Source: Podarcis erhardii (lineage: Eukaryota). From it: a stretch of DNA of 64,000 nt. Below the pieces are notes generated by a model. The model was not told the DNA's origin, ran no database searches, and saw nothing but the letters and a program-made list of their open reading frames with translations. The number at the start of each line of letters is the position of its first letter. The first letter of the stretch is position 1. This document shows positions 12,301 to 31,748 of the stretch, piece by piece. Location of the stretch: assembly GCA_964252035.1 (NCBI GenBank), contig OZ176204.1. One strand, 5' to 3'. The translations under genes were made by a program, and so were the position numbers.

Positions 12301-14509
12301 CTGTTCAGTGCCAAAGGCAATATAGGACTTAAAATGACAACAAAATAGGGCTACATTACATATATCAACCTATTTACTAAGAGAACCAGTAGGCTAAAAT
12401 AAGACTCGGTATGAATTTTAGGATTAAGATAAAAATAAGAAATGAAGCCTCAGATTTAGCAACCTGGAGGCTTTCTTATTAAAAATGTTTTTAATGGATT
12501 TGTCTCTGGTGTCTCAGTACTGTAGTAATTTTAACCTAACTTAGAGTGCAATCTAAGAGAGCATCACAACAGCTATATATGATATACTAGATGTCTCCCT
12601 GTGATGTCAGCAAGGAGAGGACAAAAAGGGATAATTCTGGAGGCAAGTTGATCCTTCACTGGACTTGTCCCTGGACAATGGGAAGAGTACACCAACTATG
12701 GGGCTGTTGTACCCATTTCCTCTTCCATGGGAACCAATCAGAGGATTTTTTTCGTTTAGAATAAACATGAGTAAGGGAAGGGGACTTGATAGAGGTGTAT
12801 AATATTATGCATGGATAGAGAAGTTCTTCTCCCTCTCTCGTAATACTAGAACCCGAGGTCATCCAATGAAGCTGAATGTTGGAAGATTCAGGACAGACAA
12901 AAGGAGGTACAGCACTTAATTAAACTGTGGAATTCACCATTACACGAAACGGCAATGGCCACCATTGTGGACAGCCTTGAAAAAGATTGGGCAGATTCAC
13001 AAAGGATAAGGCTATCAGTTGCCACTCATGATAGCTATGTACTACCTCAGTATCAGAGGCAAGATTTCTTTGAACACCAGTTGCTCGGGGTCATGAGTGG
13101 GAGAGGGTCATTGTACTGATTGTGGGCTTCACATAAGCATCTGGTTGGCCACTGTGAGAATAGGATTCTGGACTAGGTGGGCCTCTGGTTTGATCTACCA
13201 AGGCTGTTCTTCATGTATCTTTAGGAATGGACTTGGCCTTCTTCTCATCCTTGTTTGTAATACCCTGCTCATTAGATCAAGTGCTTGCAGCCTTTGAATC
13301 AAATCAAACCCATTAATGTTTTATGGATTTGCAGGCCGCATCGTTGCATTAGCAGCTGCCAGTCTTACTCGACCTTCAGCTCTGAGAACCTCTCTGTGTC
13401 TGATGGAGAGGAGGGCAATACCAGTGACCATTCCAACAGCCCAGATGAGCTGGCCAACAGGCGTAAAGATCAACGGGCTGAGAAGCTGGATGAGATGTTG
13501 TCACAGACTCCAGAAATCCCCATTGAGATATCTACCCAGTCTGATGGCCTTTCAGATAAGGAGAGTGCTGTACGCAGGGTGAAAACACAGATGTCACTTG
13601 GCAAGTTATGTCCAGAGGAACGTGGCTATGAGGTCAGTAACACTCTCTTCATTGCTTGAAGTTAAAATATTAATTAGATTCTTGGAAACTAGGGCTGTTG
13701 AATAAATACATTGCAAGGTTTCCAACTGGAGCTCTGCTAGCCTTTGCTTTCGCTATCAGTTTTTTCTTACATCATTCTATTTTTATTTGATGTCCCATTG
13801 TTTTACTTCTCCCCAGTGTTTTAGTTCATTGAGAAGACAGGAAGCCTTTTCAGGGTTCAGCTGTGCCAGTTCCCTCAAGTGCCAACTTGACAAATAGCTT
13901 TATTTACTCCACACTAATGAAAGATTAAAACCAAAGTTAATCTGTGTGGGATTTTATATTTGCATGCTTTCCCATGGGTTTAAAAGAATTTTTATAGAAA
14001 CAAAACTAGTACATCAAGCTTTTGGGGCAAAATCGCTTTAAAAATGCAATTTTTGAGCTATTTTTATGCAAAAACGGCACTGCCGACACGGGCTACCATA
14101 CGTTCCAATTTTCATGGACATTTTTCCGATTTCCGCCCAGACTTCTGCCGACTGCAGTATTCTGGATATGTCTGGGGAAATCCGTACATATGGCAACCCT
14201 AGTATATAAGGACACGGCCAGAATCACATCAGGAATTTTGTGGCTCAGTAATCTATTGCATGCATCAGATTCCCAGAAAACGAAAGGCTGAGCTGCACAT
14301 TCAGATGCGCTTTTGCTTTTTTTTGAGATGGACCAGGGACAATTCTGTCTACAGATAAAATGCCAATAAATGATTTTAAAAGTTGTTCCCTTGGATTTGT
14401 GATGCAGAATCCTGGAGAGTTTGGAGAATCAGGTGGTGACTCTTCCGATGCAGAATGCTCTGATGCAACAGTGAGGACCAGTAAAGCCTGCAGCTCTGCA
14501 ACTTGGTAA
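381..14509 (+). CDS. MAP3K13: MAP3K13 (LZK, leucine zipper-bearing kinase), 5'-partial. Exons: 381-564, 2456-2647, 2767-2925, 3100-3258, 4009-4117, 5017-5126, 5693-5809, 6523-6660, 7659-8370, 8559-8629, 13335-13632, 14408-14509 (TAA)
   Basis: All introns are GT-AG, phases are consistent and the joined frame is open (2351 nt = 2 + 783 codons). Kinase motifs [32 protein letters not shown]; two leucine zippers; [14 protein letters not shown]; SDGLSD hexapeptide; C-terminus SDATVRT...SSATW. SDGLSD and the C-terminus distinguish it from MAP3K12. Confidence 0.97.
656..1370 (+). mobile_element. Sauria SINE, split by a nested MITE at 797-1143
   Basis: tRNA-like head GGGTGGCACTGTGGTCTAAACC, body CCAACCTAGCAGTTC...CAAGTAGATA|AATAGGTACC, (ACCTTT)n tail; colinear with the intact copy at 27145. 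Confidence 0.85.
797..1143. mobile_element. Non-autonomous Tc1/mariner (Tigger/pogo-like) MITE
   Basis: 22-bp TIRs CAGTGGTGCCTCGCAAGACGAA / TTCGTCTTGCGGGGCACCACTG (1 mismatch), TA target duplication, internal tandem TCAGCTGATAAGCGGCTT repeats. Confidence 0.9.
1738..1926. mobile_element. Tigger-like MITE (degenerate)
   Basis: TA-CAGCGGTAACTC ... GGAGGTATGACTG-TA imperfect TIRs; CpG-rich interior. Confidence 0.65.
5255..5440 (-). mobile_element. Degraded CR1 LINE 3' fragment
   Basis: Resembles the minus-strand CR1 3' region seen at 9880-10100 (TTTGTCCTGAAT, TTAACTATGCACTG). Confidence 0.45.
9880..11215 (-). mobile_element. CR1 LINE fragment with decayed reverse transcriptase
   Basis: Minus-strand translation 10447-10632 gives FNLFIKDL...[11 protein letters not shown]...[14 protein letters not shown], the RT FADD region of CR1. 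Confidence 0.85.
12700..13220 (+). mobile_element. CR1 LINE 3' end
   Basis: GACTTGATAGAGGTGTATAA...CCAATGAAGCTGAATGTTGGAAGATTCAGGACAGACAAAAG...GGACTAGGTGGGCCTCTGG; homologous to the reverse complement of 9930-10060. Confidence 0.8.
14088..14202. mobile_element. Short degenerate hAT-like MITE
   Basis: Imperfect inverted ends GGGCTACCATACGT...GGACAT / ATGTC...ACATATGGCAACCCTA. Confidence 0.4.
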
Positions 14510-17500
14510 AGATGTATCTCCTTCAGTCGTTTGATCAACTGGCATTTTGATTCCCCCAAGAATCCCCTCTTCATTCCTCTGAGAAGCTGCATCTCCACCC
14601 CATCACCCAGATGATCTGCAATAACTTGAATCTTTGGAGAAATGTTCTGATGAATTGGTTTCTCGGTGAGCATTTCAATTACGAATGGCAGGGATGTATT
14701 TTATTGAATAATTGAGCTATTGTATCATATTTTTGGCATTTTAACACTTTTTACTCTGAAGAGTGAACTGTATCCATAGACAAAATAATTGATTGCAGAA
14801 AGAAGTTCAGAAGACTAGCCTATGAAGGACAACAATCTTTTTGAGTCTTAGACAGCATGCATAAGGCTAGGATCTGATGCTACTTTTGACATGGGACCAG
14901 GCCATGCGGCTCTGAAAGACCGGAAATGAAGGAAGTTAACTCAATGACTTGATCACATCCAGTGAAGCAGTGGATCAGGTAAACTGTGAACAAATGCCAT
15001 CAGTGTAACCAGCGTAACTTTTTCAATAGGAACTTGTTCACATTCCTGGAAAGGTGTATCTTGAGTCACTGCTCCCCTAGCATGTGAGAGTGGGAACTAA
15101 TTGTGTTTTTAAATTGGCATTTGGTTGGTTGTGACATCCTGCTGCTGTATTCTAGCCTCAGCCTCTCTCCAGCATTTTCCAGCATCACTATGCCACTGTG
15201 AGATCAGGAGACACAGCATGGAGTGGCTGATGAATAGAGAGAAATTGAGATGCTGTTTTTCTAAGTTACCTTCCTCTCCATTCCAACCTGCCTTTTGTTT
15301 GCTTCCTTCAATGAAAAATGAATCGATCAAATTAGTGAAGATCAAGAACTCACAAGCCATGGAAAAGCACATTCTATACATCCTGAGGACTATCCTGAAG
15401 GAAGAAACTGGAATTTTTCCTACTATAGGTTGAACACCGTAAGGGAGTATTATACTTGGATGAAGCCAAGGGAATAGTCTGGCCTGAACCAAACAAGTGG
15501 CCTCTGCTTGTTTAGTGGTGTGACTGGTGGAAAGTAACATTGAAATGTGATGATGAGTAGAGAATGCCCTTCATCTTGGGTCTGAGGGAGCCTAAGCCAT
15601 ATTTTCATATTGATGGATTTTGGATTGGAGAGGGTCCAAGAATATTGCCTTTCCTATTTGAATGGTATCCCACTTTCCTTCTGCAATACCTCATTTTTCC
15701 TGAGCAACTTCCTGAGGTTTATAACCATGGCTCCTTTAACTGACATATCCAACGGAAGCAAAACAAAAACACTAAAATGTTCTATTTTGGTTTTATAGCC
15801 AAAGTTCCGCCAGTAATTTTGGCTGTGCCCTCAATTTGTTTCTAGTTCATTCAGGGAAGAACGGTTCATTGTCTTGAGTGTAAAATTGTATCCTAGCAGT
15901 TTCCATATTTATAGTAGTTAGTAGCAGTTGCACCCCGCACTCTCCACCCCCAAAATGAAGGGCAAAGATGGGTTGCATGCTGTTTGTTTACATTTGATTT
16001 GATTTTTTTAAAATTGTCTAGTGGCAAAATGAAGGGAAATTCTTTACTTATACAGAGAGCAGTATTGTATGAGTTAAATTATTCCATATTTTAAAATTAT
16101 GTAGCTGGACTACATGAATCTTAAGTTATGTCATTATTTATTTTAATTTCTATAGATTAAAGGCAGGGTTTATTGTAGCACAACATATTGGTGGTCCCTG
16201 TTCAGTTGCTTCATGGCTACTTATCCCAGGAGGAGGAGGAGCCAAGGTGTTTTCTTAATGTTGTGACCTAATAATGTGTTATAGGCCATGCTTATCTTGC
16301 TGGCTGCAGCAGCCTACTGACACTAGGATGGGGAGTAGACCCGTACAAGCAGATTAAAGCAGTCCTGAGCTGCATGTGCATGGAGTGTGACATGGTTAGG
16401 ATGCAGATCTAAGACCTCTTGGCATGCTTTAGCCTCCCAGCTGCAGTCCTAAACATTGTGATATATCGGAATGAAACAATAACAACAAAAAAGCAAATAA
16501 GCCCTGTTCACTTGAAATTGAACAAGAATTCCTTAAGCTTAATATGCTTACACTAAACTGATCTGAGCTGTGCCCACTCTGAAGGAAATTCTGTCTGGTC
16601 ACTTGTACTCCTTGGCAAGCTTAAGGGTGAATTACTTTTATTGCCGGGGGGGGGGGGGGACCTACAGATGCTGTTTATTCCACACTTCAATAAATACCAT
16701 TCCATTGGTGTATGGACCAAGCTGTTGGGGAAGCAGCACATTATTGCACCTGTAAAGTCCACCACAGACACCTAGCTTGGTGCTTCTTCTGGGAAGCATG
16801 TCTTTCGTGGCATGATCCAAACTATCAGTACAACTACCTTGCAGCCTTTGTTTCTCCTTTGAGTTTCCCCACATTCTTCCTGGTCCCTGTGGACAATTAC
16901 TTTGCTTTGCTTTGCTTTTACTCTTCTCCTTTGGCAATCACTCGTAGCCGAGTAAGATTGTCTTCCATGAATATGGTCTTAACAGTGTGTCCGTAGTGTG
17001 CTATTACTAACACTCTCATGTTCATGGGTACCTTTGAGTACTGTTGTTTGGATGATCTCTGAATTGGAAACTGTCTGCTTTACTAATGGAATCAGACAAT
17101 TTGGCAATAAAGACACTCTTTCTCCCTGCCCAGCTCAGCCCAGCATAAAGACTCCAGTTTAACAGCTGGTAGCTCACTTCATAGCCCAGTTAGCTGACTA
17201 TGTTCTTGAAAAGTTCATTTTTTGCAATAAGACAAAGTGGGGGATGGTGTCAAGAATGACAAGTAGCTGCATGATGCTTTCCCCATATGAAGCACTTGGT
17301 ATTGTTAGCCCACTGTGGTCTTCATCTCTTTTCTAGGGCAAGAAGCATTTGTATGAAATGCCTCAGATATATAATGTAGAACTGTCAGCTTTAAAGCATA
17401 ACTTCTCAGGGTCTTGGGCAAAGGAAAGTCCTGTGATCTTTTAATTAGAGGTATTGAGCCTGGAGTCTTAGGCATTCAACGTATGTGCTCTTGCACTGAA

Positions 17501-19815
17501 GTATAACCTCTCCCCAGAGTCTTTAACATTAGTGAAAATGTGTCTGATTTAATGGCCTCTTGTGTCTGTTATTGGTTGTTTCTTTTGGTATTTGCACACA
17601 GCCTGCGTCTGTAGATGTCATCCTGCAGTTATAGTATGTTGAAGAAATATGTAAAGGTTTAAGGAAAATTTATTAAGTTATGACAACCGGGGTCTCAAAC
17701 GACATGCTCTCTCCTCATAAATGTGTGTGTCCTGTGTTTTCCTTTCCATTTTAAAAAATCCGGTTTTGCTTTAATCCCCAAAGAGCTGTTGAAATAAAGG
17801 GGCATTAATTTAAGGCAGCTAGTAAATTGGTGGTTAAGAAAATCAGGTGTTAACAACTAGCAACTTGTGCTTTGGTGTGTCTAATACTTAATTGTAGAAT
17901 ATTCAAAACTGGTATTTGTGATTTGTGCCATTGAGAGAATTCTTCCAGAGCCATTTCCTCTTTCTTCAGTTAAGTTGAACAGGTTTTGCTCAACTTAAAG
18001 TCATTTTTAAAAGAGCTGAAAATGTAATCAGAAATAAGAGTAATCATCTCATATTTTCCCCATGCCATTATACCTTTTGTTATCAGCTCTCAACTTTTGG
18101 GTACTCTTAAATGCACAAATATTTTTTGTAAATTTAGACAATTCTAGCAAAGTTCAGGAATCTGGAGAGATCCAAGAGAGAGGAAAATCAAGCTAGGCCA
18201 CCCAAGTTTTCTAAGTTAGAGAGCTGTAATATTGTTTATATAGTTAACTGAGGGCTGGGCTATATGTTATGACCACCAGGATAATGGCTGAAAATACCAG
18301 GCCAGTGCTGAGTTTCTCCCTAGTGTTGCAATGTCACATGATACAGCATCATCATATTGTGAGTTTCCTAGTCCACACTCCATGTAATTGCCACTGTTGA
18401 GAACAGAGCATTTCATGTGATCATGCTGTTTCATGCAGGGAGGGGCCGAACTTGCCCCAGTGATGCCATAGCATGTAGCCTGGTCCTAAGCAGAGACATG
18501 GTTGTGTACTATTGTATTACAAAAATGCTGTAAATGTTGTGCCTCAAAAAGATAGACTTACTAACCCTAGAATATGGATGGTGAACTGTGCTCCAAAATT
18601 ATATTGGTTTAACAGGTGAGATTTTAAATGGTTGATGTTCTCTTAGAGTATGCAGGTTATGTTTTTAAGTCTCTCTCTTAAATGTGAGGGCTAAGTCCTT
18701 TTTAATGTGGAAACAGACTCTCAGGTATTTGTGTGACTTTGGGCTCTAAAAAGCCTGTTTTGTTCTGTAGGTCTAATAAAAGGTACTGACTATATACCTA
18801 CTTTCTTCTCTGGGAACAACACTCCAAAGCATTAAATATTAACAGACACAGACAAAACTATGGTAGCTGGAAATACTAGTACAGAGAAACACACACTTTA
18901 ATTGTCCTTTTCCCTAGAAAGCAGTGTCAAGTTTACTGGCAGAAAGGGGTAGGTAGCCACCATGCTTCTTCCTCACATTACGTTGCTTTTGTGTTCAAGG
19001 AGCAAGCAGCACAAGAAATGCTTTCTTGGCACCAACAAAACAGTGCATTTTTGTTGTAGGGTAGGAAAGTAGTTCAGTCTTTGTGTAAACACTCTGTTAG
19101 CATCTTAGGGGTGTCTGTGGAATGGATGGCCTTGTGCTGCAGCGTCTAGATTTAGTTTTTAGAACAAAGTTCCCTTTAACTGAAAGCCATAAACCCAACA
19201 AATCATGTCATCCAGATTATGAGACAGTATTGCCATGTGTGCAATCCTCAGTGATTAACCTTTTGGCTGTGTTTTTACTATTCTGTGCCAATGGCATTAC
19301 AACATTATATCTGCCTGATTAAGGGTTTGCTAATAACGGGATAGCAATCTGCAGTATGTGTACAATAAGCAATGCAAACCAGAGAGAACTCAAGGCAAGT
19401 TGCTTAATTAGGTTTTAGTCACAACTCATAATGCATTCTTAACTACTGGGTGCAGCTATGGCACAATCAGTGTGGTGGCTAATGGGAGTTAATGGTTTTA
19501 CATGTCATTTGAAACAATCATTTCATATGCTGTTTTTTTTTCTCCCTACTCTATGGCTTCCTGAAGCAAACTTGATTTTTTTTGTTTTGTATTGAACAGT
19601 GTATAACAATTGGGAACAAGACTGACTATCAAAAACAGATGCATGGAATAAAAAGCCAGTGTACCTCAAGTGCTTTATAGGCTCTTATGTCCTGTGCGAC
19701 TGTAGCTGTGTGTATTACACCCAAAAGTGGATGCTTTGGTAAATTGCCCACACACCACTGGATGCAGTTCTGTATTTCCAAAGTCTGTTCTCTCTTCAGG
19801 ACCTTGTGGAAAATA

Positions 19816-19925
19816 GGAACATAGGAAGCTGCCTTATACTGAGTGAGACAATTGGTCTATTTAGTGCACCTGAGACCTTTTGGCATCCAAAGCAGATGGT
19901 CTACCACTGAGCTACAGCTCTTTCC
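19816..19925 (-). mobile_element. tRNA-derived SINE remnant with CR1-type tail
   Basis: ACATAGGAAGCTGCCTTATA tail and CTACCACTGAGCTAC (reverse A-box head); same family as 40251, 60670 and 62590. Confidence 0.55.
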
Positions 19926-22620
19926 ACAATATAACTTGTATAATTGCTAATTATATACTGAAAGGTATATGTCAATAGTGCCAGCAGAATAATGAAAATG
20001 ACTTCATAGAGCATACATAGTGAAAGTCCACATTATCCTCTATCCTCCTACATTAAAAGCTAAGGGGGAGTTTAATGAATAATGTGTATTCTCTTGTATT
20101 ATTTTCTGATTGGTGACACTTTAAATAGATTTTTCCTGAAATACAATCATTTGGGAGTATGCTGTCACTTGCCCCTTCAGTTACCTGCTTTTTTCCTCTA
20201 GCAACAGATGAGTGTGTTTCCATGGCAAACAACATGATCTTACAAGTCAACACTTTCAGCACAATTCTGTTGATTTCAACAGGTTGTAGTCCTAAGTATG
20301 CACAGGATTGCGGTCTTAGTTTCTCAGTACTTGCCGTGTTTCCCAGATAATCAGATTAGCGCACAATGGGGGCTGTGCCATGTTCTACATGAAGGGAACC
20401 TTTCCTCAGCACACAGATACAGTGGAAAATCTCGGCAAGATTAGGATATAACTTCAAATTGCTTTTGTGGAGGCCAAGTACAAAGTATTCTGGAATCTAG
20501 GACTGCTGGAGAACATAGGCTAGGTGCAAATGAGTTAAAACAGCTACCTTGTGGCTTCTTGCTGAAAGGGGAAGCTAAGCTACTGAGTGGAAGCAGAACT
20601 TTCCCCCAGTTAGTTTGTCTGTAAATTGGAAAGGAGGAGCTCTTAAATGCACAGTGCTTAGATGTCACTCTTGGAAAGTAGCTAAACACAAACAACACCT
20701 TACACCACTGTTTTCACCAACATTTATCTGATAATACAGTTTCCATGTAAACACACACACAGGAGGTAAGGCACTTGATTAAGACATAATTTTTGCACAG
20801 ACTAATTGAAGTCAGACATTTTTCTTTTGCCCTTGTCTCAGTTCCAAATTGCTACAGTTGTTACATCAGTGTTTATTACGATCTCTCTGGCATATAGCAC
20901 ATACATGGAGTCTGCTAATACCATCCTGAGAAGCTTGTCATTAATGTTGACAAGTTTAGCATGAGACTGTTACTTTAGTGGAGGATAGCAAAGTGTTTAA
21001 CAAAGCCACCTCTTCCAGCACAGATATGGTAGATTAATAATTTTCACAAGAAACCCAACAATCCATGCAGGAGTTCCTGAAACGTTAGCCTAGTACTTAC
21101 ACTTGAGGTGGTCAGATTGTCACATCGAACAGCAAAAAAGGGTTCTAGGTTAGCTGCCTTACCAACACCTAGTGTTCTATATGAAGGGATTTTATTTGTT
21201 TTTGTATAGAACATAAAAAGACGCATCTTCACCTGCACTCTGAAGTAGTGGTTTTGCCCAGTTAAAACTTCACAGTTGACCCTCGGGGTCCCTTCCAATT
21301 CTAAAACTTCAGTGAGAATTAGACCCTTGTCAAAAAGGTAACTCGATGAAAGATTTTTGTAATAGTGGCTGTTGACCACTACCAAATACTTTCTAAGGGG
21401 GTGGGGTGCAGAATACTGAGATGAAGTGATAGGGCTTCATCTCTGGGCTGATTGTATACTCTTAAGAAGCAAAGGAAAAAGGATGACCTCACTCGTAAAT
21501 AAGTTTTCTCTCCCCTTAAGCAGTGGATTATCTAATGGACTAGCGACACAACCATGTCCATTATTCAATGAAGACAAAATACAGCATAAGCAGAGAATGT
21601 GGTTTTCCAGGAGGCACAGAAAAAGTGACAGGGAGGTTAAAATAGACACAAAACCTGAACAAAGAGATATCCCGGAGCCATTTTACATAGTACACTCTCC
21701 TGGGGAATTGCAACAAAGTGGAAGATACTCCATTTCATCAGCAGTCAGTACATGATTGTAGGAGTACTTTACACCTCGGTAGCTCCCCACAAAGGCAGAT
21801 GTAGAAGTGGCATCGCTCATCTCCCTACCCATCCTTAACTAGATCTCTTAGATTTGCAAAAGCAACAGCACTGACGTAATTCTACTAAACCCGTTCTACC
21901 TTTACAGTAAGTACAGTTGCTGCTGCCAGAGTAACCAAGGTATTGAGGCTTTGAGAACAAAGCCAGTATGTGGACTTCGTTACCACCACTTCTCCAGCCT
22001 ACAAGGGAAGGAAACCAATAAATCAGTCCTTCAAGACTCAATAGTTCCCATAGCCTACATTAACCTAGTTTTCTTCTTTGGGATTCCCAAGCAGGCAGAG
22101 GGAGGAAAAATCACTCAAGATGGGTTCCCTCAATAGAGAAGATAAAAGGATTCAATTGTTGGTGCTGGTATTTCAGCCAATCAAGCGTGTGTCCCATAGA
22201 ATGCACTGCGATTGCCAACAGTAAGGGGTGCTTTGTATGTGATCTTTTCCTGAATTTGCTGTCATGTAGGAAGCAACCTCAAATTTCTAGGCAGGTATTA
22301 TCATTTACAACCTCTAAGTCAGTGGTAGCAAAACCGCATGACATAAAACTGTTCCAGTGACAGCATTCTTGTTACAGAACACATTGGAACAGTTGTGAGC
22401 ACCTTTTAAAAATGAGTTTTGCAAGTCTAATTATTTTTAAAAACACACACACTAAGAGCAGAAATTGTTTTCTGTCTATGTGTTACTGAAAGGAGATGCC
22501 CAAGCCTGCACCAGGGATTTTAAAGTTCAGTAAAAACAAAATGGGCTGGTGGGGGGGGGGGAGAATTGCACCTTTCCCATAAATAGACTTCCTATAATAT
22601 CTGGTTCTAACCCAGCCCAT

Positions 22621-31067
<8,447 letters not shown>

Positions 31068-31748
31068 AGCGGAGCATTCACAACGGCCGCCGGGAGGAAC
31101 GGAAAGCGCCGCGCGGGGAACTCCGGGACCTGCCCCCGCGTGACGCGGCGCCCCGTCCCTCTCACGAACGGAAAAGGAGGGACGGGGCGACGCACAGCCC
31201 GAACTTCCTGTAAAAATGGCCGCCCGCCATCCCGGCCTCCGAGTCTATGGGGATTCCTGTTGGACTTCAACTCCCATCAGCCCCAGCCAGGACGGTCCAT
31301 GGTGAGGGCTGACGGGAGTTAAAGGCAGGCAAATAAGTGGAGGGGAACCGGGGTGGGGAAGGCAAAGGGCTGCGAAAAAGCGCGCGTTCTCCGCGTTTAC
31401 TGGCTCCTGTGGCCCCCCCCCGCCCATGTTCTCCGCACCCGCGTGGTATAAAATAGGGTCTCCCCCTCCCCCCAGGCAGTAGAGACCCGAATGGAAAGGC
31501 GCCTGACGGGTGCGTGAGGAGCAGGACTGCAGACATGGAGCTCGGCCCAAAGTGAGAGAATACTATGGCCATGCATATGAAGCGCACACTTTGTTTTCTT
31601 TTAGGGCAGGCGGCGGGTGAAGAGAAAAGTTTCGAAATATAGATATACAGTATATAAACAGCCTCCCTTCCTAATCACTTCGTCACTGACTGCGCGCCGG
31701 TCGCGGGAAAGTGACGCAATTCCGGGCCGGCCGCTGTGGCTGAGGCCT

